Source: a virus. Taken from it: a DNA stretch of 64,000 nt. The notes beneath the pieces were generated by a model. It made no database searches and was not told where the DNA came from. It worked only from the letters and a program-made list of their open reading frames with translations. Each line of letters begins with the position of its first letter. Position 1 is the stretch's first letter. The DNA lies in IMG/VR virus record IMGVR_UViG_3300042542_003555, positions 96,984 through 160,983 of that record. The stretch is one strand, 5' to 3'. This document shows, piece by piece, positions 8,546-18,262 of this stretch. A program made the position numbers and the translations under genes.

Positions 8546-8751
8546 TCTTTCATTCCAAAGTGTTCTTCAATATACCCTGCGGCTTTTAACTGACCAGCAT
8601 ACAGTTCATCATTCATACCACGATTGTAGCACTGATCTAAGCATTCTCTGATAATCAACTCAGCGATAACTTCAATTCTGTGTTGGCAATCCTCAGAGAT
8701 ATATTTGTGAGTACCAGACTGAAGCATGATTTCTTTGAGTCTTTTATTCAT
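8542..8751 (-). CDS. Hypothetical protein, MNxRIKELA paralog family
   Basis: MNKRLKEI...IAELIIREC...IEEHFGM. Confidence 0.65.
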   Translation of the reverse strand: MNKRLKEIMLQSGTHKYISEDCQHRIEVIAELIIRECLDQCYNRGMNDELYAGQLKAAGYIEEHFGMKE

Positions 8752-9007
8752 TCTATATTTCTTGGAGGGCGTACTTATGGGCGGTCCCAACTATCATACC
8801 AGTGTCAGTATCATAGTAATACCACTTAGCGTTTCTCTCACGCCATTCATAGGTTTTGTTCATTAACTTCTTTCTTTAGAAAAACTCTGGAGAATTCTGA
8901 TTTGAATCCATTAACTTCTCGTTTAAATTCATTGTGAGCATCTATAGTTGCTTTTTGTACTGTGGAGCATCCAGATAACAACAAACAGATTAAAAGTAGT
9001 GTTTTCA

Positions 9008-9208
9008 TTACCAATCCGTTTCATCAACAAGGGATGCAGTAACTTTCAAAGGAGTACCATGAATTTCTGTTTCCCATTGCATCTCTAGTGTATAACCAAT
9101 ACCAGAATGGTTGTTATAGATTAAATCAAAACCTTGTTTGATATCGTGCTTCTCCACAAGTTCATTAATAATCTTGAGGTCAGCAATGTTCACGGATAGT
9201 TTAGTCAT
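9008..9208 (-). CDS. Hypothetical protein
   Basis: Coupled ORF; SGIGY motif. Confidence 0.6.
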   Translation of the reverse strand: MTKLSVNIADLKIINELVEKHDIKQGFDLIYNNHSGIGYTLEMQWETEIHGTPLKVTASLVDETDW

Positions 9209-9426
9209 TTGAGATTCCTATCAATTAAAAAACGAACATAATCAATATCACCTTCTGCTTCTTGTATATAGGTTTCTATTTCTTTTATAAACAAATCAAC
9301 AAACTTCTGTAGTTCATAGTCATAGTTGGATGACCAGTCAATGGTTGCACCATCTGGCTTCCATGGTTCATCTTCCCACATAGCGAAGCCAGCATCTTCT
9401 GCCAATTTTAAAATTATTGGATTCAC
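9205..9426 (-). CDS. Hypothetical protein, MNxRIKELA paralog family
   Basis: LAEDAGF...LQKFVDLFIKE. Confidence 0.65.
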   Translation of the reverse strand: MNPIILKLAEDAGFAMWEDEPWKPDGATIDWSSNYDYELQKFVDLFIKEIETYIQEAEGDIDYVRFLIDRNLK

Positions 9427-9692
9427 AGGTTACTCCACTTTTTTAGTTTGTCACGTTTTTGATCTTTATAAAATTCCAAATCAGCTTCTTTGAGAATATT
9501 ATTCTTAATGCAGATATCAATCATACAGAGCAAGTCACCAACTTCTTTATTGAGTAATTGATCATTGTATTCTGCCGTGATAGGATTATAACCCCGTAGA
9601 CCAAAACGATGCATCTTTGAGATAACTTGAATAACTTCTGCACATTCTTCTTGCAGAATCACCAAAGCTTCATCACATTGCAACACACTCAT
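9423..9692 (-). CDS. MazG-like NTP pyrophosphohydrolase
   Basis: QEECAEVIQ...KEVGDL (ExxE...ExxD). Confidence 0.75.
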   Translation of the reverse strand: MSVLQCDEALVILQEECAEVIQVISKMHRFGLRGYNPITAEYNDQLLNKEVGDLLCMIDICIKNNILKEADLEFYKDQKRDKLKKWSNL

Positions 9693-9889
9693 TTCAGTAC
9701 ACTCTTGTCAATGCAATGAAAGCTTTCCATTCCTTTTACCATAATACCATTTTTAGTTTTACAGTCATCTGCTTGGTTTCTTGTCGATTCTCCCACAAGC
9801 CAAGAAACACCAAGAATCATTGCCATTGCAACACCAAAGACAACAAGAATGTGTAACCAAGGTCTAGATTCGTATTGAAAATCAGTCAT
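9689..9889 (-). CDS. Small membrane protein
   Basis: One TM segment, 2 Cys. Confidence 0.6.
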   Translation of the reverse strand: MTDFQYESRPWLHILVVFGVAMAMILGVSWLVGESTRNQADDCKTKNGIMVKGMESFHCIDKSVLK

Positions 9890-10137
9890 TATAATATCCC
9901 AAATTCGTTTTTAATCGCACTCACGTAAACTCCTGCACTTTTGCCATAATGGAAGCCTGCAGGAATTTTCTCTTGCTCTTGCATGATTCTGAATACTTCT
10001 TGTAGAATCTTTCTACCATAATCTTCAACTTCATCAACGTCCGCCCAACTTGCAACAAAGCACTCTCTAGGCGTTTCATTATCAATATAATTCAAAAGGC
10101 CAGCATCAAGAGCAAGTTTTTCAAACTTCTCGTTCAT
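9889..10137 (-). CDS. Hypothetical protein, MNxRIKELA paralog family
   Basis: MNEKFEKLALDAG...IKNEFGI. Confidence 0.65.
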   Translation of the reverse strand: MNEKFEKLALDAGLLNYIDNETPRECFVASWADVDEVEDYGRKILQEVFRIMQEQEKIPAGFHYGKSAGVYVSAIKNEFGIL

Positions 10138-10568
10138 GATCTACACACAACTTGAATTTCGGATGCGTTCATACCTTTTTCAATCGCTTTTAGTCTACAT
10201 TCATGAATAAGTGAATTTGAAATTATAGATGCAGCAAACATTAATCCAAAAAAGACTAAAATGCCAACAACGAAAACTAAAGATTCTTTAATACTGTCAG
10301 TCATGATTCACTCCTTGTAATGTTTTCTCTTTAAATGCTCTATGCATTGCTTTACGCCATTTTACTTTCTGTCTCTTGGGAAGAGCATTGTAAATGGTAT
10401 GAAGCTGCTTAGATTCTTTTTCATCTGTAACAAACTTAAAAAACTTAGGACTTGCCATCCTCTTTCTCCTTTGCTGCTTGCTTATAAGCTTCAAGTATTT
10501 CAAATAACGAAACTTTTTCTTCCCAATAATCAGAATAGATTACTGGTTCTGTATTTGCTTCTGGTTTC

Positions 10569-10943
10569 TTAAACGGGATGATGTTGGACATAATGATCAT
10601 CACACAATGTTCTGACCCATGAAGCATCTCGGCGCTTACCAGGATTACCACAAACTTCACATACATGAATAGATATTTTTTCTGCCATGTCAATAAGACC
10701 ATTCATGTATTCATCTGTGTTATCGGCATAGAATCGTAGACCACCAAACTTCTCTTTGATTTGTGCTACTCTAGGATAATCAACGTTTGATTGTTTAGCA
10801 GCATCATATATCTTTTTTGATAGTATGTCTACAAGGTCAAACCATCCTTTGTCTATGTAAATACCACAATAGACATTTTCATACATCTCAGGATAATTTT
10901 CTTTGAGATGTTTTTCAAATTCATCTAGGTTATTAATGTGCAT
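10569..10943 (-). CDS. Conserved phage protein (QIKEKFGGLRFY plus C-terminal Zn finger)
   Basis: QIKEKFGGLRFY; CEVCG...TLCDDH. Confidence 0.75.
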   Translation of the reverse strand: MHINNLDEFEKHLKENYPEMYENVYCGIYIDKGWFDLVDILSKKIYDAAKQSNVDYPRVAQIKEKFGGLRFYADNTDEYMNGLIDMAEKISIHVCEVCGNPGKRRDASWVRTLCDDHYVQHHPV

Positions 10944-11145
10944 AGTCTAAAGTTCTCCGTGATACTTCTATCCACTCTGGTCTTGGTGCGCCTGCTGCAT
11001 CAAGAGTCATCATATATTCTTCTGTTACTTGCCAAGTTTCTAACCAAACTATATACTCACCAACAATAGTAGGAAGTAATGCAAATTCTTTTAAATGACG
11101 AATATCGCCTATCTTCGGTTCAGGATTTTTTAGTTTCCATCTCAT
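10933..11145 (-). CDS. Hypothetical protein
   Basis: Coupled ORF. Confidence 0.6.
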   Translation of the reverse strand: MRWKLKNPEPKIGDIRHLKEFALLPTIVGEYIVWLETWQVTEEYMMTLDAAGAPRPEWIEVSRRTLDYAH

Positions 11146-11387
11146 GCTGATTCATCTCCATCATATGGATTCAAATACGCATTTATCTTCCTGTTAGCTT
11201 CTTCAAGTGATATAGCATAGACAGTAAATGTCATCACACCTTTAGCATTGATAGAAATGTTAAAAGGTACAGGACCACCACGAAATTCAAAGTCATCGGG
11301 CACAGGTCGCATAATACGAAACTGCTGCGACTGCTTCATTCGATCAATGATTTCGCTAGTTAGCTGGCTGGGAGTTTTATCGTTCAT
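11142..11387 (-). CDS. Hypothetical protein
   Basis: ATG just after the -10 box of the promoter at 11394-11422 (possibly leaderless). Confidence 0.6.
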   Translation of the reverse strand: MNDKTPSQLTSEIIDRMKQSQQFRIMRPVPDDFEFRGGPVPFNISINAKGVMTFTVYAISLEEANRKINAYLNPYDGDESA

Positions 11388-11393
11388 AGTGAT

Positions 11394-11422
11394 ATCATAT
11401 CAAAGAAGAAGTGAATTGTCAA
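11394..11422 (-). promoter_or_regulatory. Sigma70-type promoter
   Basis: TTGACA-N17-TATGAT. Confidence 0.7.
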
Positions 11423-11781
11423 GACTGTTTTTGTGAATCTCCTGGCATAATTCTATAGTTGTCTTCCACAGAATCTGGTGTTGATACTTCAATAATCGCA
11501 CCTTCTTCAAAACATACCAATTGATGAGGCACTAGAGGAGGATTATGCCAAGTTGATCCTTTAGTTAGTCTTGTGTGTTTCATTACTGAATCTTTTGTAT
11601 CTATCCAGTTTACTTGAAAATCACCAGATAACACATACCAAGTTTCATCTTTCTGTGCATGAAAGTGCATACTGAATTTAGCACCTTTGTTGAAGTGCAT
11701 CATCTTACCACAATACTTATCGTTGGTTGCCCAGATTTCTTCGTGACCCCAACCTTTTTCTACTTTACCCGATAGCCTCAT
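11419..11781 (-). CDS. Cupin (mannose-6-phosphate isomerase-like)
   Basis: KGWGHE, SMHFHAQKDETWYV, PH, EVST motifs. Confidence 0.8.
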   Translation of the reverse strand: MRLSGKVEKGWGHEEIWATNDKYCGKMMHFNKGAKFSMHFHAQKDETWYVLSGDFQVNWIDTKDSVMKHTRLTKGSTWHNPPLVPHQLVCFEEGAIIEVSTPDSVEDNYRIMPGDSQKQS

Positions 11782-12532
11782 ATATTTCCTCTTTTGTTGG
11801 TGCATATACTCCAAGGTGTTGCACAGTTAATGATGCTGCTATGTTTGCATAGTTGATTGCAATTTGCATATCTTTTGATTCACAGTAGTATACTGCAAGT
11901 GCTGCTAAAAATGTATCACCCGCACCACAAGCATCAGCAACATTTACTTGTGGACAAGGATAATGATTTCCTTTATATCTTGCTCCATTCTTACCATCTG
12001 TAACTATTACATTTCTGTGAAATGAAGTTACCTTTTTACTTTCGGGTGAGTTGATTTTGATAAAAACATTGACTGGAGGAAATATTTGATCAAATTTTTC
12101 AAGATCCGTTTTCTTCGTATCTATGAATATTGGCAGAGAACTATACGCATTAATAATATGTTTTATATTCTTATAATCCAAACTTCCTTTACCATAATCA
12201 GAGATGACAATACAATCATATTCTTTATGAGGAATATCATTTATTGAAATAGGATCAGAAATTGCATCTTCATCTAGTCTAAGAAGTTGATGCCCACTCT
12301 TTTCATCAATGAATCTAGTTTTAACAGAAACTTTATTTCCTACGACTTCGGTGATATTAACACCAAGTGACTGTAAGTTCTTAGAAACATTTGCTGCCAT
12401 ACCAGCAAGTTTTTTGGTGTGGGTGAGTTCCAGAACAGGTACGGGAGCTTCTGGACTTATTCGGTTTACATTACCATAATGATAAACATCATCACAGATA
12501 TCACCGACTAGTAATACGTTTAATCGTTTCAC
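11765..12532 (-). CDS. PfkB-family heptose-7-phosphate kinase (HldE/RfaE domain I-like)
   Basis: RISPEAPVPV, ISDYGKG, DACGAGDTF. Confidence 0.85.
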   Translation of the reverse strand: MKRLNVLLVGDICDDVYHYGNVNRISPEAPVPVLELTHTKKLAGMAANVSKNLQSLGVNITEVVGNKVSVKTRFIDEKSGHQLLRLDEDAISDPISINDIPHKEYDCIVISDYGKGSLDYKNIKHIINAYSSLPIFIDTKKTDLEKFDQIFPPVNVFIKINSPESKKVTSFHRNVIVTDGKNGARYKGNHYPCPQVNVADACGAGDTFLAALAVYYCESKDMQIAINYANIAASLTVQHLGVYAPTKEEIYEAIG

Positions 12533-12893
12533 TTGTTGAATATCCTTCTACCAAATCAAAAAATATAATCTCTTTACATACTTCTTGTCCTACAATATCT
12601 TTACCTATGTAGTCACTACCTTTAACCATTGCATCATGTTTTGATATTAATTCAATAAGTTCTTCATCAGTATCAAAACAAACAACAGCGTTTACACTTC
12701 TTAGGTGCATCAACATTAACATTCTGTTAACGCAAGAATTAACCGGTCTTGTATGACCCTTTAATCGTTTTACTCTTGTATCAGTATCTACTGCCACAGT
12801 TAGGAAGTCTCCCTGTTCACGGGCAAATAATAATAATTCAAGATGACCTCTATGTAATATATCAAAGGTACCATTGACGAATATTTTTCTCAT
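12501..12893 (-). CDS. Nucleotidyltransferase, HldE/RfaE domain II-like (ADP-heptose synthase)
   Basis: NGTFDILHRGH, KRLKGHTRPVN, VKGSDY, GYSTS. Confidence 0.85.
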   Translation of the reverse strand: MRKIFVNGTFDILHRGHLELLLFAREQGDFLTVAVDTDTRVKRLKGHTRPVNSCVNRMLMLMHLRSVNAVVCFDTDEELIELISKHDAMVKGSDYIGKDIVGQEVCKEIIFFDLVEGYSTSETIKRITSR

Positions 12894-13168
12894 TCTTCGT
12901 GTAATTTCCTTTGCTTGTGGCTTTTTTCTTGCATGGTTTCTTCTTCGAATACTTTTCTTGGATTAGCACACATATGACACTTTGGATCACCGCAGTTGAA
13001 AATATGTTTCTTATGATTTCTATGAGGCTGCAAAAGATAACGCCAGTTGTGCATTGTGCTGCTTAGTTTGTGATAACCATAGTCTTTTGCCAATTGTACT
13101 TGTTTTTTAATCTTTGTTTCTTTTTGATGAATTCTTTTGGAGTGTTTCTCTTTTGTTTCTTGGTCCAT
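12890..13168 (-). CDS. Basic hypothetical protein (CxxxxCxxC)
   Basis: CGDPKCHMCANPRK. Confidence 0.65.
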   Translation of the reverse strand: MDQETKEKHSKRIHQKETKIKKQVQLAKDYGYHKLSSTMHNWRYLLQPHRNHKKHIFNCGDPKCHMCANPRKVFEEETMQEKSHKQRKLHEE

Positions 13169-13172
13169 TTTT

Positions 13173-13364
13173 TTACTCGGCTAAGAAAACGGGTGTTGTT
13201 CCTTCATGTACAAAATCTTCAGCTATTTGTTCTGCATCATTTATTCTTGTCTTGTTGATTCTTTGTATATGTTTTCCATCAACAAAAAAATCAATCATAT
13301 AAGTATCTGAAAATTTTGATACAGTTGCTTTTCTATTATCAACCTGATATTCCGACAGTAGCAT
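13173..13364 (-). CDS. Hypothetical protein
   Basis: AAGGAG RBS. Confidence 0.65.
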   Translation of the reverse strand: MLLSEYQVDNRKATVSKFSDTYMIDFFVDGKHIQRINKTRINDAEQIAEDFVHEGTTPVFLAE

Positions 13365-14313
13365 TTGATGTTCTCCTTTGTATTGCTTCCCACTGATAGG
13401 CAGTGGTGATTATATCTTTTAGTCCATATTTAGGTTTAAAACCTAAGACTTTTTCTGTATAGTTGGTGTTAGTGTTTACCAATTTAGCAGGATCACCTGG
13501 TCTGCGGTCACTATAGAAAATTTCAAAATTAATTCCTGTTACTTCTTCTACCATTGTAATAACATCCAGAACAGAATAACCTGTACCAGAACCGAGATTA
13601 AAAATGCTAGAAGTTTTATTTTCATTTAGAAACTGTGCTGCCTTTACATGAGCCTCTGCTAAGTCAGATACATGTATATAGTCTCTTATACAGGTACCAT
13701 CAGGAGTAGGAAAATCATTACCATAGACAGTGAAATCATTCCTAGTGAGAATACGGGGAATGAGATGAGTTTCTGGATCATGATTTTCGCCAAACTCCCC
13801 ATCAGGATCAGCACCAGCAACATTGAAGTACCTAAGAATAGCACTATTGACTCCTTCTTTCTTTGCATCTCCTAAAATGATTTCACACATTCGTTTTGTC
13901 TGTCCGTAAACAGATTGTGGTTCTTCTGCTGCACAAGAAGACGAGAAAACAATGTTCTTACATCCATAATCTTTCATTAATCTTAGAATATTGATTGTAC
14001 CGGAAACATTGTTCTCGTAGTAATAGGTGGGCATTTCTTCGCTTTCTCCTACCTCTATAGAACCGGCAAGATGAAAGACAATATCAAAGCTGAACTTATC
14101 ATCATCAAACATTTTACCATACTCTATCTCATCAAGAATATGATCATAATTTCTTATGTCTGTCCGAATATATTCATCACAATATTTCGTTGCCATAAGT
14201 TGTGATGGATGTTTGCGATCCATCACAATCACGTAATAGCCATTTTTCTTCAATTCTTTTTGAAGATGATGACCAATGTAGCCAGCACCTCCAGTCACTA
14301 ATGCTTTCTTCAT
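13339..14313 (-). CDS. galE: UDP-glucose 4-epimerase
   Basis: VTGGAGYIG, YGQTK, RYFNVAGA, ETHLIP, DGTCIRDYIHVSDLA. Confidence 0.85.
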   Translation of the reverse strand: MKKALVTGGAGYIGHHLQKELKKNGYYVIVMDRKHPSQLMATKYCDEYIRTDIRNYDHILDEIEYGKMFDDDKFSFDIVFHLAGSIEVGESEEMPTYYYENNVSGTINILRLMKDYGCKNIVFSSSCAAEEPQSVYGQTKRMCEIILGDAKKEGVNSAILRYFNVAGADPDGEFGENHDPETHLIPRILTRNDFTVYGNDFPTPDGTCIRDYIHVSDLAEAHVKAAQFLNENKTSSIFNLGSGTGYSVLDVITMVEEVTGINFEIFYSDRRPGDPAKLVNTNTNYTEKVLGFKPKYGLKDIITTAYQWEAIQRRTSNATVGISG

Positions 14314-16433
14314 GTAATCATTCCAATAAAACGGTTGAGTACAACACGATTGATAACTTTGTTTGTATTGTACTTAGTAAAGGCGTTTACGAGGCCTCGG
14401 GTAGTGTTTGATTTTACTTCAAGTTCACTGTCGGCGTCAACATCAGTTTCGGCACGAATGATGTAATATTCATCATAGCCAGATGTTGTGCAAGTTACAT
14501 TCTTTTCTTTCATGAACTTTTCACGAACGTCATCTATGTTTGCAGTCTTAGGAAACAGTCGTTGAGCGTTTGGTCTAAATTCACGGCTGCTTACAAGATA
14601 GAAACCAATAACATTTGTTTTTGTGACTTGTTTGAAAATTTTCAATGCAGCAGCAGTAAAATGTTCACAACTATAACTTTGAATCTTTTCTGAAATACCT
14701 GTGCTTTGATGACGTAGAACAGCAACATTGGATCCATTTGTTGAAAATGGAAGATCGTTATACATATTTCCAAGTTCTGCTTTTTTTCTAGCTAGTATGT
14801 GACCTTCACCATCAGTAAGAAATACAGTATTGACTACTTGCAGCTTATATTGCTTCTGAAACATCGGAACAATTTTCATTGCTGCAAAGATTGTTTCATT
14901 GAGTGGAGTATATTGCATACCCATCCATTCTGGAAAACCATGAATACGATCTACCAGTCGTGGGTTGTTTGGATATATACTTGATGATCCATGCAGCAGA
15001 ACAGATGCCATATAAGAAAGTTCACTTGCATTCATTTTGCTTGAAAGCAGATTTAGCAAATTGAATGTTTTTAGCATAACATCATTTTCTTGATATTCTA
15101 CTTGAATACCATACTCTTTTGGTTTTTCATAATAATCGTGGTAGAACCTATTTGAGAATGCGTACACTTCAAACGGAATGTTTACTTTCTTACAGAACAG
15201 AACAAGATTTAAGAGTTGCTTAATGGTTGCATTCAAGTAGTTTGTCATAGATCCAGACCAGTCTAGGAAGATGACAAGACCATGAGATTTACCACCAGGA
15301 ACAACAGTCAATCGTTTGAAAATATCGTCATTAAACTTGTATGAATAAATTTTACTCATATTAAGTTCACCAGTTTTTGCAACACTGGCTCGCTTCATCT
15401 GATCCGCATTTTTACGGAGTTCAAATTCTTTCACAAGATAAGAAACAACCTTTGACGATTTTGTTTTAAAGTTGTTGAATGTGGTTGTGCTTACTTGACT
15501 GTTGTAGTAAGATTCTTTCTTATAACGATTGATTATGTATTTGTATGGAATTACAATATTCTCAAGTTTGATATTTTCTGGAACATTACCATAATTGTAA
15601 TCAAGAGAATCTTCACTCAAAAGTTGTTTTTCGTGTTTGCGAAATGCATCATCGGTGTGTGATTCTACTTTATCATCATCATTGAAACTTTCCATTTGAT
15701 CTTCGTTATCAATCTCATCTGAGATTTCAGAAGGTTTTTGTTTTTCTTGTTCTTTGTCATCTTCATCTTCTTCTTCACCATCATCAAAATCCATGGTCTC
15801 TGATGAATACTCAGTATCTTCATTCCACTCCTCTGTGTGAGCTTCTTCTTGACGTTTTTCTTTTTGCTTTTGTTTTTGTTCACGATAGAGTGCTTGAATC
15901 TTTACAGAAAGTTTGATAACATCAACAAAAGTTTCCAATTCATTCATTTCATCAACAATTGCAAGTTCTTCTTCATTGAACTTGATGCCGAGGTGTGCGC
16001 CAATCTTGAAATGAATATTCAAACGGTCTAGAATATTCATACCATTGAGATCAACACCTTCAGTTGCAAAAAAATTATCGTTATAAAGTTGACGATATGC
16101 TTTTGAGAATGAGGAACGCAGGCCAGGATACTTGCGTTTGATAAGTTTCTCAATTCTTGCATCTTCTACAATATTGAGAATAACTTTAGGAATTTTCAAA
16201 TCAATAACTGAATCGTGCCAACCTTCAGTGGGAGTATTCAATGCATGACCAACTTCATGACCAACAAACAGGTCATACATTTCGGGAGTAAGAGTATCTT
16301 TAAGAATAGGAATTACCAGCTTACGCTCTTTTGTATTGAAATAAGCGGTAGGAACTTTCTTGTGTTCAACAATCAGGTTTTCCGTCGCCATCAACTTGGC
16401 GAGTTGTGATTTGGATTCTTGTGTCGTTTGCAT
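14310..16433 (-). CDS. CobT-like protein: HExxH metallopeptidase-like N-domain, acidic linker, vWA domain
   Basis: GHEVGHAL, NIVEDARIE, DWSGSM (MIDAS), TPL, FLTDG. Confidence 0.8.
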   Translation of the reverse strand: MQTTQESKSQLAKLMATENLIVEHKKVPTAYFNTKERKLVIPILKDTLTPEMYDLFVGHEVGHALNTPTEGWHDSVIDLKIPKVILNIVEDARIEKLIKRKYPGLRSSFSKAYRQLYNDNFFATEGVDLNGMNILDRLNIHFKIGAHLGIKFNEEELAIVDEMNELETFVDVIKLSVKIQALYREQKQKQKEKRQEEAHTEEWNEDTEYSSETMDFDDGEEEDEDDKEQEKQKPSEISDEIDNEDQMESFNDDDKVESHTDDAFRKHEKQLLSEDSLDYNYGNVPENIKLENIVIPYKYIINRYKKESYYNSQVSTTTFNNFKTKSSKVVSYLVKEFELRKNADQMKRASVAKTGELNMSKIYSYKFNDDIFKRLTVVPGGKSHGLVIFLDWSGSMTNYLNATIKQLLNLVLFCKKVNIPFEVYAFSNRFYHDYYEKPKEYGIQVEYQENDVMLKTFNLLNLLSSKMNASELSYMASVLLHGSSSIYPNNPRLVDRIHGFPEWMGMQYTPLNETIFAAMKIVPMFQKQYKLQVVNTVFLTDGEGHILARKKAELGNMYNDLPFSTNGSNVAVLRHQSTGISEKIQSYSCEHFTAAALKIFKQVTKTNVIGFYLVSSREFRPNAQRLFPKTANIDDVREKFMKEKNVTCTTSGYDEYYIIRAETDVDADSELEVKSNTTRGLVNAFTKYNTNKVINRVVLNRFIGMIT

Positions 16434-16461
16434 TTTGATATCTCTCTATTGAAGATGATAC

Positions 16462-16490
16462 ATTATCTCATGGATCCAATCATTTGTCAA
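16462..16490 (-). promoter_or_regulatory. Sigma70-type promoter
   Basis: TTGACA-N17-GATAAT upstream of the vWA gene. Confidence 0.65.
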
Positions 16491-16511
16491 CAAAAAACCC
16501 GATTGTTGTAT

Positions 16512-16688
16512 TTACGCAACACTTGTCAAGATGATAACATTTCCTTCTGGTTCTTGTTTTATATCAAGATTTAAGGTTTGACCTTCTTTCCAGCCTAGGT
16601 CTGCCAACATTTCATCTGGAAGTTCAATATAAACATCTCCAGAACCATCTTCACACTCTTTAACTACTGAGGTATATATTTTAGACAT
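16512..16688 (-). CDS. AbrB/MazE/SpoVT-like small DNA-binding protein (58 aa, below the ORF track cutoff)
   Basis: DGSGDVYIELPDEMLADLGWKEGQTL. Confidence 0.7.
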   Translation of the reverse strand: MSKIYTSVVKECEDGSGDVYIELPDEMLADLGWKEGQTLNLDIKQEPEGNVIILTSVA

Positions 16689-16851
16689 AATTTACCCATA
16701 CATGAATTGTTTTCTCAAATCTTCATAATGATCTAAATCTTCTTGCCATCGTCTTTTAATAACCCACTGCTTGATAATCTGTTCAACTTCATCTAGTGCT
16801 TCCTTTTGTTGTTGCAATTTTGCTATATCTTCAGTTTTCATGTTCACCCCT

Positions 16852-17067
16852 TTAATGATAAAAAGAACTGCTATCCATAAGTAAAAAATTACTATTCTTT
16901 TTTGCTTCTCCCATAACTTCAACCATCTTAATAAAATCTTCCACTTCATCGGAAGTCATATCGTCCAACATTTCACTCATTTCCTCCAATAAGACGATTT
17001 CTTCATCTGTAAAATGATCCAGTTCACTCAAATTTAAGTCCGACATAGCCAACACTCCTTTCATCAT
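16852..17067 (-). CDS. Acidic hypothetical protein
   Basis: AAGGAG RBS before MSDL (start probably near 17046). Confidence 0.55.
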   Translation of the reverse strand: MMKGVLAMSDLNLSELDHFTDEEIVLLEEMSEMLDDMTSDEVEDFIKMVEVMGEAKKNSNFLLMDSSSFYH

Positions 17068-17722
17068 AAATTTTTTCTAAACGATTAACTGCAAGTTGAT
17101 AAACTTCGGGAACTATTTCTGTTCCTATCCATTTTCTATCAGAATATATGCAGGCAGCAGCGGTACTACCTGATCCCATGAATGGATCAAAGACAATTTC
17201 ATTTGGATTTGTATAAACATCGAGGAATTGTGAAATCAAGTCTGTCGGATAATTGTCTATATACGTTCCTATAGGCTTAACTATATGCTCAAGTACATCA
17301 GGAATAGACAGATCACTAAAACCTTCCCGAGAAAACTGTTTTCCGGGTCTTTTAAAGGTTAAAATAAAAGAATAGTTAAAGCGATATAGGTTTGCATTCA
17401 TTGAACGCACCCAAATCCTTTGACTTTTATGAATCCAACCTAACTCTTCCATTAAATTTGTGATAAAAGTGTGTTTTTTTACCACTTTCCCGCCCGATTT
17501 GCGGTCACGCAGAACAATTGTTATGACATTATTGACTGGATGAACTTGAGAGAAAGTATCTCTCATCAAACTTTCCCACTTTTTCACAGATTCATCAGGA
17601 TTTTCCCCAATTTCATCAAAATCCGGTGGGGAGGTGATGACATAGTGATAGTTTAAGTTCCACTTTAGAACTTCCAAACAATCTGTATTGTATAGAATAC
17701 AATTATCCAAAGGTGCGTACAT
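17024..17722 (-). CDS. DNA N6-adenine/N4-cytosine methyltransferase (beta-class order)
   Basis: ITSPPD (motif IV variant) N-terminal to VFDPFMGSGST (motif I). Confidence 0.8.
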   Translation of the reverse strand: MYAPLDNCILYNTDCLEVLKWNLNYHYVITSPPDFDEIGENPDESVKKWESLMRDTFSQVHPVNNVITIVLRDRKSGGKVVKKHTFITNLMEELGWIHKSQRIWVRSMNANLYRFNYSFILTFKRPGKQFSREGFSDLSIPDVLEHIVKPIGTYIDNYPTDLISQFLDVYTNPNEIVFDPFMGSGSTAAACIYSDRKWIGTEIVPEVYQLAVNRLEKIYDERSVGYVGLKFE

Positions 17723-17838
17723 TAATTTTCTCCTTATGCTTCACTTTACGTGTATATCTTACATCAATTTTGTGTTTTTGTGGGGCAGGAATAGGTGTGC
17801 GACATACAGGTTTTGGTATTTTCACAATTATCTTCATT

Positions 17839-18192
17839 TTATCGCCTCATTTTGGCCATATCTTTTGCTTCAGTATCATTAAAAACAGGTACTGCATTAG
17901 ATTTGTGTAGAGTTCCGATACCGATCATCTTATCACCCGTATAGGTGACTTTTTCTTTCTTATTCCAATTAGCTACTTGTACACCGGTATCTATTGATTT
18001 GAATTTTTTATGATCACGTTCAGCAGGAATAACAAGTTTGGGAAATTTACCAGTTGACTTGAAAGTTGACGGAGTTATCTTTTTAGAAACGACGCCGATA
18101 CCAACTTTACGGCACCATGCATCATATTCTGCTTGTTGCACCTTTGTCAACTTCTTCGGTTTTGATTTGCGAATGTGTCCGTAAATTATCAT
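17839..18192 (-). CDS. Conserved basic phage protein
   Basis: YTGDKMIGIGTLHKSNAVPVF motif; promoter upstream. Confidence 0.7.
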   Translation of the reverse strand: MIIYGHIRKSKPKKLTKVQQAEYDAWCRKVGIGVVSKKITPSTFKSTGKFPKLVIPAERDHKKFKSIDTGVQVANWNKKEKVTYTGDKMIGIGTLHKSNAVPVFNDTEAKDMAKMRR

Positions 18193-18220
18193 AATGTAAA
18201 TCTCTAATGAATGAGACTAC

Positions 18221-18249
18221 ATTATAGCAATGAACAAACAAATTGTCAA
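18221..18249 (-). promoter_or_regulatory. Sigma70-type promoter
   Basis: Perfect TTGACA-N17-TATAAT. Confidence 0.8.
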
Positions 18250-18262
18250 CTACTATTTTGTT

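Noticed and set aside
16512-16949. AbrB/MazE-like gene as part of a toxin-antitoxin pair
   Set aside because: No recognisable toxin ORF is adjacent.
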